This document shows, in pieces, positions 50,701-61,000 of a stretch of DNA of 64,000 bases. Position numbers and translations under genes: made by a program. How positions within the stretch are numbered: position 1 is the first letter of the stretch; every line of letters starts with the position of its first letter. A model generated the notes under the pieces. The model did not search any database. It was not told the origin of the DNA and was given only the letters and a program-made list of their open reading frames with translations. The DNA lies in assembly GCA_904063045.1 (NCBI GenBank), contig CAJFCJ010000019.1, positions 2,734,684 through 2,798,683 on the forward strand, given 5' to 3'. This DNA comes from Dimorphilus gyrociliatus. Lineage: Eukaryota; Animalia; Annelida.

Positions 50701-53700
50701 GCATTATATTTGTACTTGTTATAAACTTACCGTCGTTCTTCGATCGTCCTTCACTCGTTGTATCTTTGTCGTCGTCATCACTGGACGTTTCATCGGAAGT
50801 TTCTTTATCGTTGTCGTTTAGTAACACTACCGGATGTCTTGGAGATGCTTCAACGTCAGAGGGTTCCGGGGTGTTGTCAGTCCCTCGTTGACGGCGTCGC
50901 CGGCTTCGTAAGGTAATTGCCTTACGCTCTATCATTTCCGTATTATTCATATCGTTCTGACGATAAATGCGACGGGCGTATCGCAAAGTTCTTCGCTTAA
51001 CTCTTCTAAATATATGGGCAATATATTTAAGAATTTCTCCATAACAACCTCCTGGTTCCGATAGACTTGCAAGTGTGGAACTGGAATGAAAACGTTTCCT
51101 CTCAGCCAACATCCGTTCCGTTTCGCGCTTCTTCGTTTCCGAAAACTGCGTAGCTATCACAACCAAACAGAGGTTGATCATGAAAAAAGATCCAATCTGT
51201 TTTGGAAAGCAATAAATGAAGATTACACTTTGCAGAATTCTATCTTATAAATAGTACAGGCGCATGCCAGTCATTTCATATAAATATACATCTGTTTGTG
51301 AACTAATATAAAAGACCTGAAAGGAAATGGTGTGAAATGAAAATTACAACCATCTTCAATTATTGTATATATAATTTATATATATATACACACATTTAAA
51401 ATTTGTTTATGAGATATATAGATATAACAGAGGTAAAAATGTTAATTCTATATAAATAGACTTTTCACTATCAATTAACATTTACAAAAGTAATAATAGT
51501 AAAATGATAATAATATTATAAGAACAATAGTTAAAAAATAATATAAGAAATAATAAAGAAATGAAAAAAAAAAGAATTAATGCACTGCGGAAAAAATACA
51601 GGAACAGGCAAAGGCGCGCTTGTCATTCTTGTTTTGCTTCACCTTGGCGCCTAAATAGAAAATGTTTGAGTATAGTAATAATAAGTTTTGGAAGACAACA
51701 GCTGTGCAGGAGGATTTTCTCGATAAAACGATGACTTCTGTCTTGCATTCTCCGCAACCCTACTCACCACTATAAGTGCAACAAAATATATCCAATCCCA
51801 AAACGAGTGCGCATCTTGTACAAAGTACATTATATCTACCCAGCCTTCTAGACTAATCACCTGTGTGTAGGTGTAAGCAAATTTTAGTGCGGTTTCATCA
51901 AACTTACCACAATTAGAGCTACAAAATACATCCAATCCCAAAACGAATGCGCATCTTGCACATAGTACATAATTTCCACCCACCCCGCTAGGCTTATTAC
52001 CTGCATAAGAGGTTAACTGAGCTGAAAGGTGTGTCAGGAAAGAGATAATTGTTTTTATTTACGCGAACTTACCTGAAATATGGCTACCCAAGCTAGACCA
52101 ATATTGTCGAAGGAGATTGAGCCGTGAAACGGGTTATCAAAACCCGGCCTGCAGTCTGAGTAATACTGATTCCAGTTGACACACGAACCGTTCGCGGAGG
52201 AGTTGAAGGAAATGATGCTCTCGTTACAGACTCTGCGTCGACCACCAACCGTTGCAATTGTTGGGGGAACAGCGTCACACTTCATCATACCATCAGTAGT
52301 GAAACGTGAACAAATAAAGTCTTTATCGTTCGGTGCCCGATAAAATTCTACTGGATTTACTTTCGGTACAAGTTCATGCATCGTTTTTAATACCGATACG
52401 TTAACAGGTAAGTTTAAGAAACATCTATTTCGTAACAGTCCAGCCCACAGTTGAACGCCGATTATGCCAAATATAAAGAAAACGAAAAAGCAGAGCAGTA
52501 AAACATTACCAAGCATCGGCAAAGTATCGAGTAGGAGCATTACGAGAATTCGCATACTTGGAACCCGGTTAATCGCCCTTAGTGGCCTCAAAACTCGTAT
52601 AGTTCTAATAGCCGATATACTTAGATTTTCCGAATCAACCGCATATTCAACAGCACCAGCCAAAACGATAAACATGTCCAGTCTATTCCAAGTATCTGCC
52701 AAATACGTTTCCTTACCAAACAGCCCCATTGCGCATACTTTAATGCACATTTCAATGGCGAAAAAGGCGAAAATGAAATGGTCGAAGGCTGCCAAGACAT
52801 GACAGCGAGTTGTCTTACAAATTTCATCTTCGCATGGCCGAAACATTCCCAGTGTAACGCAATTCAGGAGTATCACGCTCATACTGAGCCTTTCGAACCA
52901 TGTAAGTAAGAGTTAAGGAATGATAATTAACTGAGATATATCACTCTACAACATAAGGAACTCGGTATGCTCAGAAACACTTTACACACTTTATGAATGG
53001 ACTATAATACAATGAATAAATAATTGTGCGTATAATGTATAATGTTTGTTCTTAGAGTGTATACAAGTATAGACCCATAATACGCTTATTCATGCATATA
53101 CAAATATCACGTATGAATATACAGTGTTATTGTATACGCTTGTATAGATATATATGTACATAAGGACACACGTACGGGAGTAATGTTTATATTCATATAT
53201 ATGCAGTAGCGTTTATAGCTATACATATATCGCATCCACAGGTATACATCTAAATATAAATGTATAACATATGTTTGCAGGTAGTTTGTTCACTTATGTT
53301 TCAGCTTATATATATATATATATATATGTATAAAATATAAATGTATATATGCAACCATGCAAAATTGTTCTATATATATATATATATAAGATATGTACAG
53401 TATATATATATATCATATGTATCATATTTTATCAAATAAAAACTTTGCGGTTTACACGTATAAATATACGCACAAATACATAAATAGAACACCAGGAAAT
53501 AAATACACGACACCTCTTTAATCTACTTGTCTCTGCTGCTATAGCAACCGAGGCGCATATGTGCGTGTGAGTGCGATTGAGGATGTGTCTATATATTTGT
53601 ATGTGTGTGTGTGTGTGTGTGTGTATGGGTGAATGTGCATGTTTTGTATTCGGATGTGTGTATACGTATATGATATGCGCCTGTTTGGAGTTTGGCGAAC

Positions 53701-54546
53701 AGCAATTTCCTGTCGGTAGTGCGTTTTTTATATATGACTCTTTCGTTTTTTCTCGTTTGCTCTCTTTCAGTTTCTCACTTTCCCGTAAATATACGAGTAA
53801 TAACGGTGATATATAACGCGACGCGGCGTCGGGCGCCTTTGCAGTTTGGACAAGTTTTGCCTGAGGCTTGGCAGAGCAACGTCATACTAGAAGCAAATGT
53901 CAACGGAAGACGACTGCAACGAGTGTGCGACGCGCTGATAATGAATGAAGACGATGTATACTATACGCTGAAGTCGACAGCAAAAAAAATTAGTCCTATA
54001 GCTGTGCAGGCGGCCTCTGCTAATAAATTATCCAGACGATTTTAAAACGGTATACGCAAGAGGGGAAAAATCGCCGTCTTGTTTACTATAACTGTTGGCG
54101 AGTAAACGCAAATATTTACTGGCCGATGTATGTATACGAAAGAACGGCGTTTTTCGCAACCGATCGAGAAATTAGAACAAAAAAAAGACGTGCATTGTAC
54201 GATTGATTGTTAAGTTGCGAGCAGGCAGTCATGGAGACAATCGATGCTAGTACATGCATTCACATAATCGATCCGGTCCGGACAAACTTTTATCACTATC
54301 ACTTAAAAAAATTTTGAAAAAAGGATATGGCCAAGTAATGGCTTTCAGGCACCACTTTCTTGGTAGAGTATTCTGCTTTAAGCAGAAAAAAACGATTGGT
54401 AAGAATCCTGGAAAGTCCAATTCCTCCTCATTATCCTCATTGGACGAAGTTCTAGATGACCGTATAACTGCACTCGTCTCCTCGTTTTCGGCTGTCGATT
54501 TAGGAGGTGGAGCCGAATGAACTAACCTAGCTCCACCCTCGGCCAT
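43084..54546 (-). CDS. Cav3: Voltage-gated T-type calcium channel alpha1 (Cav3). Exons 54546-54329, 52901-52073, [52000-51908 or 51860-51768], 51196-50731, 50394-50258, 49787-49450, [49211-49094 or 47550-47382], 47100-46442, (46292-46239), 46032-44807, 44641-43821, (43765-43733), 43596-43084.
   Basis: Four repeats with S4 segments ([64 protein letters not shown]). Pore motifs SLEGWV / TQEDWN / SKDGWV / TGDNWN give the EEDD filter diagnostic of Cav3. Gating-brake sequence [19 protein letters not shown] follows IS6. Confidence 0.97.
46819..46857 (-). repeat. Coding GCN repeat, poly-Ala(13) in the Cav3 II-III linker
   Basis: gca x4, gcg x7, gcc, gct in frame. Confidence 0.9.
47382..47550 (-). 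CDS. Cav3: Cav3 alternative domain II turret exon, 12b-type (56 codons)
   Basis: Flanked by ttaacag| and |gtagat; encodes [11 protein letters not shown]...CSC...[18 protein letters not shown], a paralog of the 49094-49211 exon with the same phases. Confidence 0.88.
47685..47766. repeat. Imperfect (AT)n tract in the intron between the Cav3 12a- and 12b-type exons
   Basis: AT dinucleotide run with a few interruptions. Confidence 0.9.
49094..49211 (-). CDS. Cav3: Cav3 alternative domain II turret exon, 12a-type (39 codons, three Cys)
   Basis: Flanked by catccag| and |gtagac; encodes [39 protein letters not shown]. Confidence 0.92.
50505..50660. repeat. (AG)n/(AGAC)n purine-rich repeat in a Cav3 intron
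   Basis: gagagaga/gacagaga runs; translated as LSLSL in the ORF track. Confidence 0.85.
51768..51860 (-). CDS. Cav3: Cav3 domain I pore exon B (canonical filter Glu): [31 protein letters not shown]
   Basis: 93 nt, phase 0-0, acacag| acceptor and |gtgagt donor. Confidence 0.93.
51908..52000 (-). CDS. Cav3: Cav3 domain I pore exon A (duplicate, filter Ala): [31 protein letters not shown]
   Basis: 93 nt, phase 0-0, tatgcag| acceptor and |gtaagt donor; 27 of 31 residues identical to exon B. Confidence 0.85.
52902..54328 (-). other. U12-type (minor spliceosome) AT-AC intron in Cav3
   Basis: 5' end ATATCCTTT, branch site TTCCTTAAC (52920-52912), 3' end AC; splicing gives in-frame tgg cc|a tgg ttc gaa (WPWFE). 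Confidence 0.92.
53602..53624. repeat. (TG)n microsatellite inside the U12 intron
   Basis: About 11 TG units. Confidence 0.9.
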
Positions 54547-55016
54547 TATCCATAATCGTCAGGGTAATCCATACACTTATATGTATATTTACGAGTACGA
54601 CTCGCAATAGCGGAGCGTCAGGCTACAAGTACAGGTGGCATAACTGTTGGCGAGCAGCCACGTGATCGTCTGGCGCTACCTGCCGTTCGATAGGTGTCGT
54701 TGATGGCGTTTGATCAATGCAGGCGCGGCTCGATGTTGTAAGGCGTCGAATATTGAAAAACTAGTCAACGCCATAGGCAAATGAAACGAAATAAGCGAAG
54801 CTAATAGGGCAGGAACAGCGCCGGGCATCTCCCTTTATAGTCAAAAAATGCGAACTTGATAGTAAAATTTTCGGTAGCAGTCGTTTTATGCCAAACAAGC
54901 ACGTGCTTCACGTGTCTCTTCTCAGATTAGCGTTACTTTAGCCTTAAATGACTGTCACTTTTTATCTTTTTCCATCAAAATCCCATTTATCAAAATGACA
55001 TAAGGTAGTTTGATAG

Positions 55017-55046
<30 letters not shown>
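55017..55046. repeat. (TA)n microsatellite upstream of Cav3
   Basis: About 15 TA units. Confidence 0.9.
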
Positions 55047-55048
<2 letters not shown>

Positions 55049-58000
55049 TTAATAACATACATAAAAATCTCATTATATGCATATATAGTATATATACGTG
55101 TAAATATAGATTAAAACGAAAAATTATACATTTAAGCCTATTTATAAACATTTAAAAGAGTATTAACATTTTTTTAGTAATTTTTTTTTTAATATAATGC
55201 AAATATAATCCCTCAACAGACATATATCTCTTTAAATGTACATAGTTATTTCTAGATATATACAGTATATATTAATATATATCTATATTACTGTATATTT
55301 ATTTACACACATATATACATATAGATACGCCAATATTTATGTACATTTGAAAGTAGGCATACATTGATATTTTCGGTGCGTTGCGCTTAAAAAATATAGA
55401 TTCTTTGCATATCTGTATCTTCACATATCTATATATATATATATATATATATATTCACACCTTTGAATTAACTGCGATAAGTGCTGTAGACAAAAATTCT
55501 TTAAAGTACATTTTTTACCAGATTTCTTTTTATAAACAGCGTATTCATTAACGATTTTACGCATATTTACATAAAAATATATTTCTTAACCATAAACAAG
55601 GATAAAGAATATTATAATAACAATAGTTTAGTGATAGAGCTAGTCTACCGTTTGCGTTTGTATTCGCATATGATCTGCTGCACTCGGTTCGTCTAATTAA
55701 TTACATAAAGCGATGGTTATATATATTTAAAGGAGAGCGTATAAAAAGACACTAACGTAAATTAGTGTATATCTATAAGCCTACAATAAGGTCGATGCCA
55801 GCATGCATGTTTAAAGCGGAATGACAGCCGAAATCATACATTTTTTATACGAACTAACGCCGAAAAGCCGTCGTCTAATTGAGAGCATCAAAGTAAGCAT
55901 ATTGCTTTTTCTACAACGTCGAGGGGATTGATTTAGCCGCAAAATTTTTTACGCGGACTTCAACTACTGCAAAAGTTCCCAGTTCAAAGAAAAAACCTCG
56001 TAGATGTTCTCACGCATTCGACGAATTTTACAATCTTTTTCCTAGATCGTTCTCTCTTTTTCTCTATCTATCTGGTTATAAATCTATTTATCTGTCCCTC
56101 CCTCTAAATATCTATCTCGACTTGCCCTTTATATTTCAGATTTCAATTTTATGGATTCCTATGATTGTATTCGAAAGTTTCTTTTATACAGATTCTATTT
56201 GAGAATACAAAAAATTTTTTTTTGTTCCATATTTCATTAAAATCAGCGACAGAATGTTGCGTGTATACGCGTCTAATCCAATTGCACAAAAATATTGTTT
56301 TCTCAGCTGCAACTTGAAAGGATATGTCTATCGATTCTTACTATTTCAATGTAGAAACGTCTTTAGGCCAAATTAAAAAAATGTTTTTCATTAATTATCT
56401 CGAGATGTATTGGCTTGCTTTCTTTTTCAATAATGAACATGACTATAATTAGACTTAATTGTCAGCACTGTTTGCATTTCAGAACAAGATTTAATTTAAC
56501 TAATTTATGGGAATGAACTCCAGCGCCATGCGCCTATCGACTCGTACGTAGGGTAAATATTTCTAAATTGCCTAATGGATATAAAAAACAGCCTAAAATA
56601 ATCGTTTTTTTATATATAGTACTGTAGACGGCGATACAGGACTCGTAAAAAACCGAGAGATGTTTTCTATAAAAGATAAAAGTGCGATTAAGCAATTATT
56701 CACCAGGTGGCACTATCGGTTAGGTTTTTTACTCTTCCTTAAATTATCTCTAGCGTTACAGCAAAGTATATTTGAGCCGGGTAGCTAAATAGGTTAAACC
56801 CGTAGAATTACTATTCCTTTTTATACATTAAACGATTCTCAAAAGAATTAGTAGTTAAGAAAACTTAAAAAAAATCCCATATTTGATAGAATAGTAATAC
56901 GTAAAGTATAATTATCATACGATCTTTTAATGTTTAAAATGATAAATCCGAGTTTTAAATCTCATTCCTTAAGTAAAATCTATTATAAACTAATGGTTGA
57001 AGGCGCTAAATGAGTCTCTGTATAATTTTATAATCATATCTTACATTATGCGAATGATATAGAAATATATCTGATTTAATATTTACAGGGTCAATAGTAA
57101 TTTTTTTCGTCTTTTTTTTTATTTATTGATTTTTTAAGATCTATAAAAAGTATCTTTATTCATTAATTTTTTCATTATCTATTAAAAGATGGTTCTCATA
57201 GTAATTTTCCTAATTAAATATGTCCTTTCATAAGACGAAACTACATAAAAAGAAACATTGAAATATCATACACAAAGTAAGGTATGAAAAATGACTTCAA
57301 AAGTTGATTGTTATTTTTTTAGTAGAGGTCATCTTAGTTATTACCAGGAAAATGGACGCCCGAGGACTTTATATGACCTTTTTTTGAACAGCTTGCAAAT
57401 TAATGAAGCGATAGAGAAAAGTCTTCGGTTAATACACTTTGAGAATTAATTTTTAATTACGTCTTAAGTTTTACTTATTCATAGTATTTCCAAAGCTTAA
57501 CGTATTATTCGGATATAAAGAAAATAAATGATGCACATATTTTTATAATCTGAAAATTTATTGCGAAACTATAGATTTTATAAATAATGGTAATGTTACT
57601 ATAATCTAAATCCGATGTAGGTTTACCCATGACTAAGCAAAGTTGAAATGAGACGACAAAACTGGAAGGCAATTTAAATTTATATAATTCGTATATATTA
57701 GAAAACAAAGGGAAAGCTTGGGTTGATCGTTTCAACGTTTGCGATTTTAAGAAATCACAGAATTGCCACTTGTAAGGAGGTTTGTGCGGTTTTTTTTCTC
57801 TCTCTCTCTCTCTCTTTTTATATATCATTTGCCTCTATCGAACGCGAAACGTCTATTATAGTTATAAAATATTTTATTTATATAACTTTGACATTGATTT
57901 AATTTATAACAGTGGTGTTTGGTCAGTATTATCCTTCTACTGTTGGTAGTTAAGAAAAACCTTGCGTATTAAACTAACTCGCTGACTTTATATACATGTA

Positions 58001-61000
58001 TATGAAATGGAGGCAGGGAAGCGAAGGATTTTTGCAAACGTAACGGAAGCTTGTTGGAACCCATAATGATGTATTCGTGCGAAGAAGCAAGCAATATGAC
58101 AAGTAAGACTCAAAGCGAATACATGTAAGAAAAATAAGTAAAATTATTGCCATTATCTAGTCGATGCTATCGTATACAAATGGCAAGACATGGTGCTTCT
58201 TATTCTACCAAGGCCCCAGCTTACTAATTCAAAGTAAAGAGCAGTAATGCGGTTTATCCGAATTAATTTCTTCCTGCTCTGCAATAGTGTCGCCACCTCC
58301 CGTATAACGCTAAACTTAAATATATAAACAGCAACATTATAAATAAAAGGTGTGCTAGCCTGGCGTGTTAATATAAAAGAATTATAGAATAGCGATTCGC
58401 AAAAGGACATAATTTTCTCGAAAATTATCTTGCAGATGTCGTGCAATTGTAATTGCTTTGGTAGAAGGAAATGGTCTGCTATCGAAATGGGACAACCGAC
58501 ATACATTGACATTTTCCAAAAAGTCATTACTTCTCACCACATTTCTAAATTGCCGCAGCATTTTAAAGGAACTAGAAAGAGAGCATACATTCGTTAAAAA
58601 TCTTTGCCCTTTTACTAGATAAAAAAAGAAGTTATTAGAAGAAATGGAAACTGAAGACCAAAACGAAAGTGGATATTTCTTATTTTAAGTGAAACAGAAA
58701 ATTGATGTTTGTGGAACAATTACCGAATGATGCTACTCATTAGGCCGTCTTCCCATTGTAGAAATTTTTGCTTCATTAGTTGCAGCACCGTGACCTTTCT
58801 TCCTCGGTGACGTGCTTATTCATTCTTCAGCACGTTTCAATCTATAACCAAGACACTTCTTTCCCCGTTAATCAACCTTATTCATTCTTAACACGCTCTC
58901 TCCCAACCTCAGGTCATAAAACGCCGTTTAGTTTTATTCTCAAAACCTATTCACATTATTAAAATTCGATTTTTTTAAGCTCTTATGTACTATTACGTAA
59001 TTACATTAACTTTAATTCCCGTGAAAATACTAAGAGCGAAAGATGTCGCTTTTATAGTGTGAAACATTTTCCCGCTATATATATATATATATATTCTATT
59101 CAATGATCAATTTTGTTATACAGTATATATTTTTTTACCAATTTATGATTAAAAACATTGATAAATACCAGCATTTTAATTACTTTATTCGAAAATTTAT
59201 ATTAATTCATATACTTTAAATAGAAAGCCAACTTTATAAAAAAAAACTGTTTTTTTCATTATTAATACACATTCATCTATTCACGAATATTAGTAATTTA
59301 ATTATGACGTCAATTATTATTATTAAAAGTTGATCATTATGTTTCATGTGTAAACGGATTTATGCAATAAGAACATGACAACGCTTCCTCCATTCGGATT
59401 TCATGAAAGGCTGCGGTACTATATTTTTAAAACAGGTCGTTGTTTATATATAGATTACTGTCAAACGTTTAAGCTTATTAACGCTCGGTAAGTCACTCAT
59501 AGCACGAGCCTGATAAAGCAGTCTTTAAAGTAAATAATGAAAAACTGGTGAAACCTCCTATCATATTGGAAAGGAAAAGTTATGCACGCTTGTCTATCAG
59601 GTTTAATCTGCCATCAATAAAAGTTCTCTCTTTTATATATCGTTCCAGCGTCTTCTTTTTGCTCCGTCGACTAATTTTAGCAGTCATGCATACGGTCTTC
59701 TTTTTGTTTATAGAGTGCAGACTATGCTATTCAATAAGAAAACGCTTCCTATTGAATCCTGTTGACACGTTAGAGGATCTGCCGAACGAAATACCATTGT
59801 TCCATCACGTTTAGACTTTCTGCGCAAAGTATTCTTTTTATTCTTGTGGTACAAGCGTCAATTAGAGCTGTTGAATGGAGAAATAAAAGCGTCTACTTGG
59901 ACGTCCATGCCACGTGCACGCATGACGTAATATACAGTTAATCAACTTTCCGCTATCCTGCTACTTGATTTCTTCAATCTTCACCCAGTTGCTTCTTATC
60001 AAAAAATCTTATCAACAAGTTTCGTGACGTACGTGCCCTTTCTGAAAAAAGGGAAATTTGGGCAAAAATTTTTTTGATTGTTTCCACTTAATCAGTCAAT
60101 TTGCATTCTCTTTGTAGATGGGGGGGCGGGCGAAAATGTCAAACAGTGATTTTCGGCGTCCTTTTTCCTCCGGCTATAGTTTATTCAGATTTCCCGCCGG
60201 CCTGTTTGTCACGCTCGGACGAATGTGACGCCACGTTTTTCTCCTTCAATCGAATACAATGAAATTTAAAGAAATACACAACTCACATTCTTAATCGCTA
60301 AGTGGTTAGCGATCCGATATTGTTCTTGGACGAGAGTCGTTACTGTAATTAATGCGCCAAACTGAAAAGAGACTTGCTCTGTTTATTGTCTGCACCCACG
60401 TTCGCCACATAAACAATCCGTTGATTATTTCAAGTATACACAGTTGAGTTAATATAAGACTAGCACGTTTTATCTTATCTTTTATGTTTGTCTTTTTGTT
60501 TGCTCTTAAGCCGAAAATAAAACCAAAGTGGTCAATCGGTCAGTTAGTGTGAAATGAAGAGAAAAAGGCAGCGTTCTATATGACCATCAATCAAGTCTCT
60601 CATCTCTTCTGTCTATCATTCTCTCCATCAATCTCCGCGGAGTTAAGCTTTTCGTTTTGGCCTCTCACTTCCCTGATTAGTTTTCTAGTCGAATCGTTAA
60701 CGTAGTTGCGCTGAAACCGGATATTTATTTATTTTCAATAAATCGCCACCCAATGCCAACTCGATTTAGCGGCGCGTACAATAGGAACTCTGTGAATTCT
60801 TCTACTCGGCTGAACCGCTTTAGGCGTTTACTTTGAGGTTGAATTTCGCTGGATTCATATAGTCGTCCACTTTAATTTCAACGTTCTTTCTAGTCCATCG
60901 AGTTTTATACTTAATTGTTAGAAAAGATGTATCGTTGCGCAGAGTATCATATCTAGGTTTATGTTTAATCAACATCAACACTTTGGAAAAATCTATCCTA

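Noticed and set aside
43202-54520. Antisense and alternative-frame ORFs over Cav3 (and similar ones over ebony, netrin, BMP and Poxn)
   Set aside because: Shadows of real coding exons or translations of low-complexity repeats, with no independent motifs.
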